Source: a virus
DNA length: 64,000 bases
Direction: 5' to 3' (one strand)
Virus record (IMG/VR): IMGVR_UViG_3300044539_000111
Span: 50,201-114,200 of that record
Below are positions 40,501 through 49,806 of the stretch, piece by piece. A program made the translations under genes and the position numbers. The notes beneath the pieces were generated by a model. The model searched no databases. It was not told the DNA's origin and worked only from the letters and a program-made list of their open reading frames with translations. Numbering within the stretch: position 1 is the stretch's first letter; every line of letters begins with the position of its first letter.

Positions 40501-42507
40501 GTGATTTTTAGGTTCAACATAAGAACCCTGACTTTCTCCCCATGCAGCACCGTAAATTTTTACTTCATCATCTACCAAAAACGGTCTTGCAAACATTGTG
40601 TCTGGAGAATGAAAAGTAAAATGTTTTTTGCTGTAATCCGCATTAGGAGTGTAGTTTATTAGCCCACCTTGAAGTGGTTCATAACTAGTTGGCAATGTAT
40701 TTGATGAAATAAACGGATCTGGTCTTAAATCATTAAATGGATAATTTGCATATAGTGCTTTTCTATTTGTTACCAAATTAGGAGCATCATATTCAAACAT
40801 ATTATTAATAAGCCCTTTATACAAAACTGTTTTTGCACCAGTTCTGTTTCCTCTTAATATTTCATATCCAACAATATTTGTTATTAAATTTCCATTGTTG
40901 TCTTTTGGTGGTTGAATGTTATCAAATCTAACACCCATAATTCTAATTTTATCACCCCCGTCTTTGTAGTGATTGGTAAGTGTATTAGTAGAACCACCTG
41001 ATGTAATTACATTTTCTGGAAACTTATGGTGACGTATTGGTTGGCCACATAAATTCCAATCAGGTCTACCTGGTACAAAAGAGTTCCAAATTTCTGGATG
41101 TTTGTCATCATACAGTTCAATTGATTCCCAATAACCCATTTGTCCTTCAGCAACTAAAAGTCCACCATCAGGTAATGTTGTATTTGGAGTTGATATTAAA
41201 CTTGCAGTATTATAAACTTCAAAAACTCTTGGTGTGTAATCAGGAGATTCAATATCATTAATTGTAGTTGGACAAGGAGCAATTTCAGATATAGCTCCTG
41301 CGTTTCCACCTGCATCATTGGTTAAAAAGAATTGACCAGCACCGCGACCTGGGATATGATAACTATTTGATTTATCTCCTGTATTGTAAACCCAGCGTAT
41401 AAAAAAGCCATACACTTCATCGCGCATGTAACCAATATTGGTTCCACCATTTTTGTAGTATTCATTTTTATATTCTACACATTGCCAAAATGTACCAATT
41501 TGATTTGCCAAAGGTTGATAGTTAAAATCAAACTTTGTTGTTGGCCCAACTCTTAATGCATATTGACCAACACTAAATATTGCTTCAGACTTATCTGGAA
41601 TTGGTGTTATTATTGTTAGATCAGCTAATGGTACTACGGGTAATGTAATGTCAATGTAATCTATAGAAACAACATTTTGTCTGGTGCTATAGATACCAAT
41701 CTTTCTAGCTACTGTTTTTTCATTTATGGTTGAAATTAAAACCAACTCATAACTGTCAAAGGCTGTGTCTAGATTAGATACATAGATATCTATGGAACTA
41801 TTAACATTTGTATGATCAAACAGAGATAAAGCATTTGATGGAATAAAGTAATCTGTTACTCTTTGGTCATCTACCAAATAAGCTACTTGCGCTTGATATG
41901 AGCCATTTAAAATACTTGCAACACCTTTTCCCTTAACTATGTTTACACAAGGTGTTTCTATGAAAGATTCTAGTCTTATTTTATCACAATCTAAATCGGT
42001 GGTATCAACACATGTTGTACAACCATTTACTGTTGTACAAACTTGTATCCAAGGAACCGCTCCAATATCCAATACTCTTGATACATTGCGCCCATCATCC
42101 CAGTAAGCATTAAATGAACAATCAAATGTTGCCCTAGTAATTCCCTTTATTAAATTGTCTGTGCTAAAATTTAAACACTTGTCATTCACTAATGTGCTAT
42201 AAGAGCAATTACCTTCTTTAAAAATTCCTATTTCAGAATCAGTGTTGTTTGTAGAAAACATTAACCATCTATCTTCTTCAATATGCAAAGCTCCAATAAT
42301 TGTGTATGGAGCAAACGTACAGAAGTTATTAGCTGGCTCAGTACTCAATTTACCTAAGTCACCTTTTCTTGTATTGTTGATTGCGTTTCTTGCATAAGTC
42401 CATGAGTTTTCCGGTAAATGAAAATCACTTGTATCAGTTACAAGTGATTTATCAAATGTTCCTTGACTCTTAAATGTAGAACTACCTGCACTTCTTTGCT
42501 TTGCCAT
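37600..42507 (-). CDS. Muzzle / tail stabilisation protein (crAss-type, P22 gp10-like; 1635 aa)
   Basis: N-terminal 'FDKSLVTD…ENSWTYARNAIN', then 'GYMRDEVYGFFIRW', 'IRHHKFP', 'FGGDTYI' and C-terminal 'WTLSYDPKIEEFVSFHDWHP'. Follows the ring-protein genes, as in crAss-like phages. Confidence 0.85.
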   Translation of the reverse strand: MAKQRSAGSSTFKSQGTFDKSLVTDTSDFHLPENSWTYARNAINNTRKGDLGKLSTEPANNFCTFAPYTIIGALHIEEDRWLMFSTNNTDSEIGIFKEGNCSYSTLVNDKCLNFSTDNLIKGITRATFDCSFNAYWDDGRNVSRVLDIGAVPWIQVCTTVNGCTTCVDTTDLDCDKIRLESFIETPCVNIVKGKGVASILNGSYQAQVAYLVDDQRVTDYFIPSNALSLFDHTNVNSSIDIYVSNLDTAFDSYELVLISTINEKTVARKIGIYSTRQNVVSIDYIDITLPVVPLADLTIITPIPDKSEAIFSVGQYALRVGPTTKFDFNYQPLANQIGTFWQCVEYKNEYYKNGGTNIGYMRDEVYGFFIRWVYNTGDKSNSYHIPGRGAGQFFLTNDAGGNAGAISEIAPCPTTINDIESPDYTPRVFEVYNTASLISTPNTTLPDGGLLVAEGQMGYWESIELYDDKHPEIWNSFVPGRPDWNLCGQPIRHHKFPENVITSGGSTNTLTNHYKDGGDKIRIMGVRFDNIQPPKDNNGNLITNIVGYEILRGNRTGAKTVLYKGLINNMFEYDAPNLVTNRKALYANYPFNDLRPDPFISSNTLPTSYEPLQGGLINYTPNADYSKKHFTFHSPDTMFARPFLVDDEVKIYGAAWGESQGSYVEPKNHPRHKFITDVSFITGIVVGFGYAISKMLGSRDIKYRGYQIDSDPIFAGSSTSTGNIIPVGVALTAAQAAAINTIGVQGMGDALTGQNSGIASITGSSQGALLTASRTSAQIPSTGVTSGYLEITYKDQDAGPGILKAALLALGNPMFLSYLAGGADTTYKLIESLGAWQQFALQYQALCKYENFAAPYANNRRRRVNDARYLNPGVQDYQTNYIVNHIYRNETVMFDTPVDIENITGAIVDVSRPPRLSAMPADRHLDNFSRRASSHYVALKTRLRNQYGQLQSIRQLMVSSCVTPIALTNSPTLFGGDTYIGKYSEKNTLFYFQQWLDGQPDGAILNYNKQKMFEWTAFWMDTDPFDLMEFVQSVPGALQSAILAGSLSTFFSTLVTPSDKHCFDRLPGQNGVFLLKRAFMYLFNSGVRDFFVESEFNIDMRDWQDTDAKKHYPVLSDLRTLFNMNLIKADNYYQIDRSLSWSFMASQKIPWGVMQGRDYNPLLSETCYTKYPRRLLYSLPQTAAANNISLAKKDQWRVFLPNNYADYESNVTSVKSINRTAALILFENQAPGMLPGVDEMQTQSGANITIGDGRLFARQLQQLSNSENSYEYASCQSRLSVLNTPAGVFWMNLNQGKIFCYAGGLKEISLKGNRFWLNIYLPYKLLEDFPTYSVTDNPVAGIGCQTIYDNEYSLVYFCKKDYRLKKNLPVTVEYMGGSKFLINGVFIAKTGDPLYFDDCSWTLSYDPKIEEFVSFHDWHPDLSLGAKNTFLTTNDNGIWKHNNICSKYCNYYGVDYPFEVEFQLDNKFAVATMRNVEYYIESYVYDERNCYDRFHVLDHGFDEATVYNSEQVSGVLKLHLNPKNNLPLLLTFPNIQTNYINILFSKEEQQYRFNQFWDVTNDRGEYSGAEERIWMTEDNGYIRTLNPANLNYDKQEFQRKKFRHFNNRVILRRTVNNNVEILVSLAASNQQLSHR

Positions 42508-42509
42508 AA

Positions 42510-43481
42510 CTAGTAGGATCTAAACATTGTATAAAAATTGTGATACTGAGCTTTTCTGTTTATTTCCCAGATACGTCTTAGTTCACTAAAGTTAGGTGTA
42601 TTTACCAAACTGTATGCATTGTTTCTTGCAGCTTTTAATCTTGACTCTATGATTTGAATTTGGCTTCCATTTACAGTTTCACCATTCATAATCATATTCT
42701 CAAGTACGCGTTGTTTAATTGCATACTCATAAAACTCATTTAGCATATCATGATCAGGGACTAGTAAGTTCCCATCATCATCTTCCATCATTCCTTGGTA
42801 ATTTACATACAGCTTTCCTGTTTTAAAAGAAGTGTAAATAAATCCATCTTTAATATAAGCCGTGTCGCGTGCTTGCCATGTTTTGTTTGGACAATCTGGA
42901 TCTACAACATCAGGACTGTTTATCATTCTTATAGAACGCATAGTTGTCCATCTTCTTGTGTGGAATTTAAAGTGTTGTGTTAAAGCTACAAACTCTCCTT
43001 TGCAGTTTAATTTGACATCACCAATAGGTTTACACGAACAACTTTCATATTTGGATCCGCAGTCATTGCAACTATGTGGATGTGGAACAGCACAAGGTTC
43101 ACATCCTGGTTCTGTAGGAGCAAGTGCAGGAGAACACAAGTTTACATCAGTCCAATTCCCTGGATTATAAACCGGTCCTAAATTTACATTTTCAACATGC
43201 GTTCCTGAAATTAATGGCTCAATAATAAAATGATCCATTAACATAAATGCAAAATTTAACACTTGAAAATTATTAGGAAGTTTTGCTCTTCCTTTTTCAA
43301 TGTCAAGTACCACTTCTTTTGTTTTAAAAATCTTTAAGCCTAGTTCATAGTTACATCTTTTTGCAACTTTGATAAACTCTTGAGGATTAATAAAATCTTC
43401 CAGATAGTATTTTTTAAAATCAGATTGGATCTCAGCCAATAACTGATCATAAGTTCTATAGTTTAAAAATGTATTTGGCAT
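42510..43481 (-). CDS. Tail ring / tail tubular protein (323 aa) with Cys-rich insertion
   Basis: 'LDIEKGRAKLPNNF' and 'YIKDGFIYTSFKTGKLYVNYQG…DDDGNLLVPD…YEYAIK' are typical of crAss ring proteins. The gene is adjacent to the muzzle. Confidence 0.75.
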   Translation of the reverse strand: MPNTFLNYRTYDQLLAEIQSDFKKYYLEDFINPQEFIKVAKRCNYELGLKIFKTKEVVLDIEKGRAKLPNNFQVLNFAFMLMDHFIIEPLISGTHVENVNLGPVYNPGNWTDVNLCSPALAPTEPGCEPCAVPHPHSCNDCGSKYESCSCKPIGDVKLNCKGEFVALTQHFKFHTRRWTTMRSIRMINSPDVVDPDCPNKTWQARDTAYIKDGFIYTSFKTGKLYVNYQGMMEDDDGNLLVPDHDMLNEFYEYAIKQRVLENMIMNGETVNGSQIQIIESRLKAARNNAYSLVNTPNFSELRRIWEINRKAQYHNFYTMFRSY

Positions 43482-43482
43482 C

Positions 43483-44154
43483 TTATCTCAGTATATTTTG
43501 TGAATTATCTCCAGTATCTGGTGGAAGTTTAGCAAGTGTCATTAACTCTTGCTGTGTCATTTGCTCAATTTCAGCAAACATGTAATCTGGAATTGTTACA
43601 TTTCTATCTTGAGCTTGTGTGCAATCAGAATCATTTTCATTACAAAAAGCATCAACTGGTTCTTCAAACATTCCTTCTACAGATACAGCATCCCAAACAA
43701 TATCTGGAAAATATAAGTAACCATTCTTGTACCAATAGTAGTGAGTTTTGTTGTATTTAAAATTTGTTGATTGTGTCATTGCAACATATACAGCAGTTAA
43801 ACATTGTTGAAATACATCACTGCCATCAATTGGCGCAATTGTTCTAAAGATAGGACCGTTACTTCCAGACATTAGTTTTGGAAGTTTCTTTTTAGTTCGC
43901 ATGATTTTGCAACCAGTTTTTATTCTAGCGCAGTCAGCTTCAATTCTGTCTACTTCAATTAACTCAACATACGGCAGTGTTTCAAACAAACTATCATATT
44001 GCATCAATTTGTTTTCTACATCTTGTCTTCTTATCAAAGCTTTTGAATACTTTATAAGCAAACTGTAAATAAAACGGTCAGTTAAAAATGCATCTTCATT
44101 TACTAACTTGAAGACATTTCTGATTCTTGATATGGATTCTCTTATTGTTGTCAT
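43483..44154 (-). CDS. Tail ring protein (223 aa)
   Basis: 'DAFLTDRFIYSLL…CKIMRTKKKLPK…YYWYKNGYLY…VEGMFEEP' resembles crAss ring proteins, and synteny agrees. Confidence 0.7.
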   Translation of the reverse strand: MTTIRESISRIRNVFKLVNEDAFLTDRFIYSLLIKYSKALIRRQDVENKLMQYDSLFETLPYVELIEVDRIEADCARIKTGCKIMRTKKKLPKLMSGSNGPIFRTIAPIDGSDVFQQCLTAVYVAMTQSTNFKYNKTHYYWYKNGYLYFPDIVWDAVSVEGMFEEPVDAFCNENDSDCTQAQDRNVTIPDYMFAEIEQMTQQELMTLAKLPPDTGDNSQNILR

Positions 44155-44156
44155 GG

Positions 44157-44648
44157 TTATATGTTAATATCAACAGTAGAATTATAGTTTACAGAAACGC
44201 ATCTGGCCCAATGCATTCTAAAATATGCACTAGCTTTTCTTCTAAACTGCTGAAGAGGATTAAATGAAAACATGTTAGCATTCTTCACCATAGTTCTTTT
44301 GGTGTGGTTAATATACACAATTCGCATCATGTTGTTATCTGTATCCCAATTTTTATGGTAAACGGTTTTTCCTGCTAGTTTTGAATTAGCATAGTCAATA
44401 GACTTGCCTTTTGCTTTTCCAGCATTATTAATAAACACAGCACCAATATTTTCAGGAAGTATTACTCCATAAATATTAGTCATTGTTTCTTCCGCCATGT
44501 TTGAATTAAATGCTCTCATGATCTTTATGATTGCAGACTTATCTAAATTGTACTTTGGGTGCAACTTATTAAAGTCTTTAACTTCTTTATAGTTAATAAC
44601 TTTCCCTTTTTTCTCAGTTACTCTTGGTTTATTTAAGTCAACCTCCAT
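44157..44648 (-). CDS. IHF/HU-like DNA-binding protein of crAss-like phages (163 aa)
   Basis: Start corrected to ATG 44648 because the longer track ORF runs through a terminator and overlaps the previous gene. Basic protein with 'IIKIMRAFN…GVILPENIGAVFI…IDYANSK…VYHKNWDTD…FSFNP', at the usual IHF-like gene position. Confidence 0.65.
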   Translation of the reverse strand: MEVDLNKPRVTEKKGKVINYKEVKDFNKLHPKYNLDKSAIIKIMRAFNSNMAEETMTNIYGVILPENIGAVFINNAGKAKGKSIDYANSKLAGKTVYHKNWDTDNNMMRIVYINHTKRTMVKNANMFSFNPLQQFRRKASAYFRMHWARCVSVNYNSTVDINI

Positions 44649-44650
44649 AT

Positions 44651-44663
44651 AATATACTAATTT
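44651..44663 (-). promoter_or_regulatory. Variant late promoter motif AAATTAGTATATT
   Basis: Lies downstream of a terminator and 2 nt before the ATG at 44648. One mismatch to AAATTTGTATATT at 51318-51330. Confidence 0.4.
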
Positions 44664-44689
44664 ATCCTCAAAAATACAAATTAAATAAT

Positions 44690-44717
44690 AAAACAAACCC
44701 CAGATTGCTCCGGGGTT
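44690..44717 (-). terminator. Rho-independent terminator
   Basis: AACCCCGGA-GCAA-UCUGGGGUU (9 bp stem, GNRA loop) followed by UGUUUU. Confidence 0.8.
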
Positions 44718-44760
44718 CATCCTAGTCAGCCACATAAACCAACCTTCTGTGACATTTTTT
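44690..44760 (-). ncRNA. Candidate 3'-UTR-derived small RNA (hairpin with GGUUGG loop plus terminator)
   Basis: GUCACA/UGUGGC stem enclosing GAAGGUUGGUUUA, followed by a terminator. The loop region is complementary to leaders at 58598-58607 and 61919-61926. Expression is not shown. Confidence 0.35.
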
Positions 44761-45849
44761 CTAACACACTGGTGTAGGTGTCGGTATTGTTGCAACGCAT
44801 GGTCCTATAAATCCGGTTAATCCATCTAAAATAATCCAAAATCCTCCAATTTCACTTGAATCATTTGCATTAATACTAATTGGATATTCTTCACTTGCTT
44901 TAAAAAACGGTTGTGCGTTTTGATTACTTGATGAAACACTGTCATGCACATTTGTTGCAAATTTAAAATCTGTAACTTGATCTCCTTGTGTCACATTAGA
45001 AACTACATAATTTAATGCAGATGTACTAAATGCTCCTGGGTTACATCCTGAAACAAAACTTTCTTCTAAATCTGCAAGACATCCCCATGACAACGTGCCT
45101 GTTGGTGAAATACCAACATTTGCAAAAGAAGTTAATACTGTATTGCAACTGCCTGTATCCATAGCTCTCCAGTTTAATCTCCATCCAAGACTATAACTGC
45201 CATCTAGAACATATCCGCTAGGTAAAACTGCAGCTGGAATTACACTAACTCCTTTATTAAAAGTTAAACCTCCAGATGTGCTTATATTAACTCCACCTAT
45301 TCCAGTATATGGTTTTTTACCATGTGCTGGTAATGATGATGATACAACACCCTCATAAGTGTTTGTGCCTGATTTATATAAAAATGTAACAACATCACCA
45401 ACTTTTGTATCATCTTCCAAAGGAATTACCACACTGCCTCTAAAATGTACAACATTTCCAATACGTCTTACTTGCGGTCTTTTAACAAGCATAGTAGGAT
45501 CAGTAGAATAATGATTAAAACCAAGTAAATCTACCCACCCTGTATCTTGCACATTTGCAGTTAATACACCTGCAGTATAACTAAGATCCACAGTTGTTGT
45601 GTCATCAACAGTTGTAGGTACTCCCGGAATACCTTGTGCACCAGCTGCGCCCGTGCTTCCAGCAGATCCTGTTGCACCACTCAAACCTTGCGGTCCTTGA
45701 CTTCCTTGTGGTCCAGGTGCGCCTTGTAGACCTTGCAGACCTTGTGGTCCTACGGGACCTTGTGGTCCTGCCGGTCCAACAAATCCTCTTGGGCCTTTTA
45801 ATTTTATTTCATTGCTTTTACATTCACAATTTCCTTTACAAGTACACAT
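44761..45849 (-). CDS. Collagen-repeat fibre protein (362 aa)
   Basis: Cys-rich N-terminus [10 protein letters not shown] and 20 Gly-X-Y triplets. The C-terminal 'DTGWVDL…[13 protein letters not shown]…AAVLPSGY' is a fibre tip-type domain. Confidence 0.8.
   Translation of the reverse strand: MCTCKGNCECKSNEIKLKGPRGFVGPAGPQGPVGPQGLQGLQGAPGPQGSQGPQGLSGATGSAGSTGAAGAQGIPGVPTTVDDTTTVDLSYTAGVLTANVQDTGWVDLLGFNHYSTDPTMLVKRPQVRRIGNVVHFRGSVVIPLEDDTKVGDVVTFLYKSGTNTYEGVVSSSLPAHGKKPYTGIGGVNISTSGGLTFNKGVSVIPAAVLPSGYVLDGSYSLGWRLNWRAMDTGSCNTVLTSFANVGISPTGTLSWGCLADLEESFVSGCNPGAFSTSALNYVVSNVTQGDQVTDFKFATNVHDSVSSSNQNAQPFFKASEEYPISINANDSSEIGGFWIILDGLTGFIGPCVATIPTPTPVC
45616..45795 (-). repeat. Collagen Gly-X-Y repeat, 20 triplets
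   Basis: [12 protein letters not shown] … GIP GVP read directly from the translation. Confidence 0.95.
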
Positions 45850-45861
45850 ATCATATATTAT

Positions 45862-47634
45862 TTATGGACACACTGGGATACTTATTCCTAAAGCTGTAAG
45901 AGCAGCAACTATCTGATCTCTATAGTAAGTTGGGGAACCTGCAGCCAATGTGTCTAAGTTACAATTAAAGTTTAAGGTATAATAGTCAGATACATTATTA
46001 GGAACTGTGTAAGCACCATTATTAATGAACGTTGCCTGAGTTAATCCTCTAAATCCTGGAAATGCATTAGGTCCTGTGTTTACTCTAAATGCAGTTCCTT
46101 TTATTGTGTATCCTACTGTTGACATTACATTTCTTAAATAAGCAATGTCTGTATCATATCCAGATGTTCTAGATCCACTATTAAATGCTACGGAACCTCC
46201 GTATCCATAATCATTAGATTCATCAGCAAAAGTTAAATTAATAACTTGATTTACTGTTGTATCTGCAGTTCTTTGAAAATTTCTTTCTTCAGCTAAACAT
46301 CTTATAAACCTTTCATTATAATTCCAAGTTCCAGAAGACATATTGAGTACTTTGACTCTTTCATTATAAAGCACTGGATCATTATTGTAAATAGGCAATA
46401 AGCATGCTTGAAGTATAGTTGATTGCATTGTTTGCAAAGGGGACAATGTTGTGTTCATTGAACCTGAGTTATCAAACCAAATGTTTATTTCTGTTTCACT
46501 TGTTAACACTTGTCCTTGGCCACATGGAATTGAATCTGTAACAATACATTGCGGTGCACCATTACAAAAATCAACAGGACTGCCATCCGGACAACTCCAA
46601 GTAATTGTTTCACCATACGCGGGTATCAATAAAGGAGGTGTTTGAATTAATTGTTGTGTTGAGAATGCAATAAAGGGTGCAAGATCAACTACAGTAACTG
46701 TTGTACTTGCTATAAAAGCATTTAGAGTTTGATCAGTAGGCCAAATATCTCCCGGAGTTCCTACAGGAATATCATAAATTTCTGCACCAAATGCAGCAGG
46801 TGTTCCAAAATCATATCCTGCTAATTGTAAAATATGATTACCTGCCGGTAAAGTAATTGGAAACATGTGCCATATAGCAAATGTTCTTGTTACACCTGTG
46901 CTTGTAGGTGTGCCACTTGGACCAAATGAACCCCATAAGTTTACAAGATTAAAATTAGCTACACCTCCCATAAAAGTAGAAGACGTTATACTTGCTCTAA
47001 TTTGATTATCCCCAGCAATTGCAAATATATATGTTTTTTCTGTTGGTATATTTATACAAAACTCAACCGGCAGCCATTGATCGGTACTATATCCTGTAGC
47101 CCATATACCTACATTATTTAATCTACCTTCTGTATAACCAGCAGGAAAATTAGTAAATACATTATTTCCTGCTGCAGATATGGCATCAACAACTAAAACA
47201 GTTCCAACACCTGCTGATTCATAAACTTGATAGCCTACTGTACAACCTGGTGTACCAAATGGACAAAGAGTTGCATCTGACCAACCATTTAAAGGAAATA
47301 TTTTAGTAGAAATGTCTTCATATAATCTAGATGACGAACTACCATAACTAGGACTTGTTCCTCCTGCTACAATTGGAACTGTTGCTCCACCACTTGGAAC
47401 AGCTGGTTCAATTGTAGTCAACTCACATGCATTAGTTGCAGGATTAAATATATAACCTGCAGGACATTGACATGGACATGTTATAGGACACCAGTTAGTT
47501 CCATCAAAATAACTTATGATACAATTGGTTGTATTGAGTAACTGATAAGTTACCCCATCAATATCCACTATGCTAATATTGCAATCACAGGGATCTATCC
47601 AATTTGTACCATCAAATATTTTAAAATTGCTCAT
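45862..47634 (-). CDS. Putative adhesin/fibre protein (590 aa): Cys-rich modules, beta-rich domain and C-terminal vWA-like domain
   Basis: Two 'FDGTNW' repeats, an EGF-like '[18 protein letters not shown]', and a MIDAS-like DNSGS at 46459-46473 after a beta strand (INIWF), with a later 'NLTFADES'. Confidence 0.6.
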   Translation of the reverse strand: MSNFKIFDGTNWIDPCDCNISIVDIDGVTYQLLNTTNCIISYFDGTNWCPITCPCQCPAGYIFNPATNACELTTIEPAVPSGGATVPIVAGGTSPSYGSSSSRLYEDISTKIFPLNGWSDATLCPFGTPGCTVGYQVYESAGVGTVLVVDAISAAGNNVFTNFPAGYTEGRLNNVGIWATGYSTDQWLPVEFCINIPTEKTYIFAIAGDNQIRASITSSTFMGGVANFNLVNLWGSFGPSGTPTSTGVTRTFAIWHMFPITLPAGNHILQLAGYDFGTPAAFGAEIYDIPVGTPGDIWPTDQTLNAFIASTTVTVVDLAPFIAFSTQQLIQTPPLLIPAYGETITWSCPDGSPVDFCNGAPQCIVTDSIPCGQGQVLTSETEINIWFDNSGSMNTTLSPLQTMQSTILQACLLPIYNNDPVLYNERVKVLNMSSGTWNYNERFIRCLAEERNFQRTADTTVNQVINLTFADESNDYGYGGSVAFNSGSRTSGYDTDIAYLRNVMSTVGYTIKGTAFRVNTGPNAFPGFRGLTQATFINNGAYTVPNNVSDYYTLNFNCNLDTLAAGSPTYYRDQIVAALTALGISIPVCP

Positions 47635-47637
47635 AAA

Positions 47638-48129
47638 TTATGGTGTGCATGATTGAATCCAAATATCGCCAGGTCTTATTGCGTCATTTCCAGGAATAAA
47701 GTTTACACCAAATCCATCAACACCACCATACTGTGCAGTAAAGTCAGCAGCTACTGGTTGACTTGTTTGAACAAATACAGCAACTCCGCGACCAGAAAAT
47801 CCTTGATCACCTTGTAGCCCTGCTGCTCCAGTTGCTCCCGGTGCACCATCATTACCATTTGTTCCACTGATACCATTTGCTCCAGGCAATCCTGCAGATC
47901 CAACTAATCCCGAAGGACCAATAGGACCTTGTGGGCCTGTTAAACCAATAGGACCAGTTAAACCAGTCAAACCTTGAGCACCAGATGGCCCTTGTGGACC
48001 AGTCAAACCAATCAGTCCTTGCTCGCCCTTATCTCCTTTGTCGCCTTGATGTCCTCTTGGGCCACGAAGACCTTTAGGGATTACATTGCAATTTCCAGAA
48101 CAATTATTATTTCCACAGTTTTCACACAT
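47638..48129 (-). CDS. Collagen-like protein (163 aa)
   Basis: MCENCGNNNCSGNC, then 32 Gly-X-Y triplets and a C-terminal 'GDIWI' motif. Confidence 0.85.
   Translation of the reverse strand: MCENCGNNNCSGNCNVIPKGLRGPRGHQGDKGDKGEQGLIGLTGPQGPSGAQGLTGLTGPIGLTGPQGPIGPSGLVGSAGLPGANGISGTNGNDGAPGATGAAGLQGDQGFSGRGVAVFVQTSQPVAADFTAQYGGVDGFGVNFIPGNDAIRPGDIWIQSCTP
47785..48072 (-). repeat. Collagen Gly-X-Y repeat, 32 triplets
   Basis: GLR GPR GHQ … GFS GRG read directly from the translation. Confidence 0.95.
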
Positions 48130-48139
48130 GTCTAAAATT

Positions 48140-48937
48140 TTATGCTAATATAACAACTCTTACTTTTGTAAGTAGATCAAGGGTATATTGTATATTTATT
48201 ACAATTTCGCCACTTGCTTCACTTATTTTTAAGTCATAACCTTGACCAAGTACAGGATTATGTGGCATTAAGTACCAAGTACCTCCATTATCATAATAAA
48301 CTTGTGTATGTAAATCACACATTTTATCAACAAATAAATCATCTGATGAACAAGCCGTAGGAAGTAATCCACAAGTTTCTAATTCTACTCTTGAAATAGT
48401 AATTACCTCACTAGAAAGTGTTGCTAATTGTTCATGCACAAATTTATATGCATTAGTTCCATTTGTTCCCGGATCACCTTGCGGACCTATAGGTCCTTCT
48501 GGACCAACTTCTCCTTGTATCCCTTGAGGTCCTTCTGGACCTACTGGGCCAGGGATTGAAGCAACTTCGCATATAAATACTGAAAGCAATTGGATTGCAA
48601 TTTGTAATGACGTTCCCGCTGGAACAACTACAACACCCTCACATATAAGATCAATAGTTATTGTCAAACCTTGTTGTGCACAAAAAAAGTCAACCATCCG
48701 ATTTAAGGCTATAGAAACAGATGATCCAGAATCAACTACCATATCATTACCGCATACAATTGGAGCATCTGTATAAATTATACACTTGCTGTCTGTAATT
48801 TCAGTACATGGCTGAGGAGTAGGACAGACCGGTTCCTCACAACCACAAGCACATTCACAATGAGTTTGTGCAGTTTGATTATGTACATGTGTACTTGGTA
48901 CTACATGATTATTTTGTTGACAAGATGAACATCCCAT
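48140..48937 (-). CDS. Cys-rich fibre protein with short collagen segment (265 aa)
   Basis: Cys/His-rich N-terminus, two copies of a 'C…VVxxGxS…Al..l..F.C' module, and 11 Gly-X-Y triplets at 48452-48550. Confidence 0.75.
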   Translation of the reverse strand: MGCSSCQQNNHVVPSTHVHNQTAQTHCECACGCEEPVCPTPQPCTEITDSKCIIYTDAPIVCGNDMVVDSGSSVSIALNRMVDFFCAQQGLTITIDLICEGVVVVPAGTSLQIAIQLLSVFICEVASIPGPVGPEGPQGIQGEVGPEGPIGPQGDPGTNGTNAYKFVHEQLATLSSEVITISRVELETCGLLPTACSSDDLFVDKMCDLHTQVYYDNGGTWYLMPHNPVLGQGYDLKISEASGEIVINIQYTLDLLTKVRVVILA

Positions 48938-48961
48938 TTTTAGTAATTTTTAATTTTATAA

Positions 48962-49795
48962 TTATACAGGCACTGGACCACCACCGCCTCCGCCACTAGT
49001 AGCTTCAACCCATTTTAAATATGTTTCTGATGAAGCCATTATCATTTCGCAACCGTTACACTGAATAACAAGTCCCAAATTTACAATAACTCCTAGAATA
49101 TTTAAATAATCTTCAGCCGTTAATTCTGGATGGTTTAATTGCAGATAGTTAAACAAAATGCCTAATCCGCTATATCCATTAAATGATGAAGACTCTAAGA
49201 TTCCAATTTGAAAAAGATCATCCAAATAAAAATTAGCACTTGATGAACTTGATGCATCAAACCATTGTTGAATTGCTTCATTGAAATCAGTATTGCAACA
49301 TGGATATTGATCTTGTGTTGCTTCTAAAACTTTTAACCATGTTTCAATAGTAGTTGCATGTTCTAAACAACAAATTCTTATTTTTGAACCAAGTAAAAAC
49401 TGTTGCACCATTAAAAAATTATCCGCGCCACCTAAATAGTAAATACCATTTTTGCAATCAGGGCAACAAAGATTCTTATTATTTGAAATAGATATTCCTC
49501 CAGATAATGTTTCAATCAATGCTGTAGTTACGTCTAAAGTAAATTTAAGTTGTCTATCAGGAACTGCATCAACAGGGTATTTAATTCCAACTTCAGCATT
49601 AACTGCAACTTCACCTATTGGAACTTTAACAGATTTCCCTCCTTTTGAAATATTTGCTAAAATCTGCAATACTGTAAGATTATCTGAATCAGTTCCTACC
49701 AACGAAAATACTCCTTTAAACATATAGATCAAAGGATTGATACATGTAGTTACTTCACATGTACATTTACTTGTTTTACATTTTTTACAGCCCAT
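48962..49795 (-). CDS. Cys-rich structural protein (277 aa), paralog of 49807..50796
   Basis: Shares CCPxCK…YxLGG…ICC…CCxxDF blocks with the neighbouring gene. Confidence 0.65.
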   Translation of the reverse strand: MGCKKCKTSKCTCEVTTCINPLIYMFKGVFSLVGTDSDNLTVLQILANISKGGKSVKVPIGEVAVNAEVGIKYPVDAVPDRQLKFTLDVTTALIETLSGGISISNNKNLCCPDCKNGIYYLGGADNFLMVQQFLLGSKIRICCLEHATTIETWLKVLEATQDQYPCCNTDFNEAIQQWFDASSSSSANFYLDDLFQIGILESSSFNGYSGLGILFNYLQLNHPELTAEDYLNILGVIVNLGLVIQCNGCEMIMASSETYLKWVEATSGGGGGGPVPV

Positions 49796-49806
49796 TGCTT
49801 ATTTTA

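Noticed and set aside
44649-44795. N-terminal 49 aa extension of the IHF-like ORF given in the track
   Set aside because: It overlaps the upstream gene and runs through the hairpin and terminator. ATG 44648 is the better start.
45616-48550. Periodic GC-richer DNA repeats
   Set aside because: They are explained by collagen Gly-X-Y codons and are not an array or mobile element.
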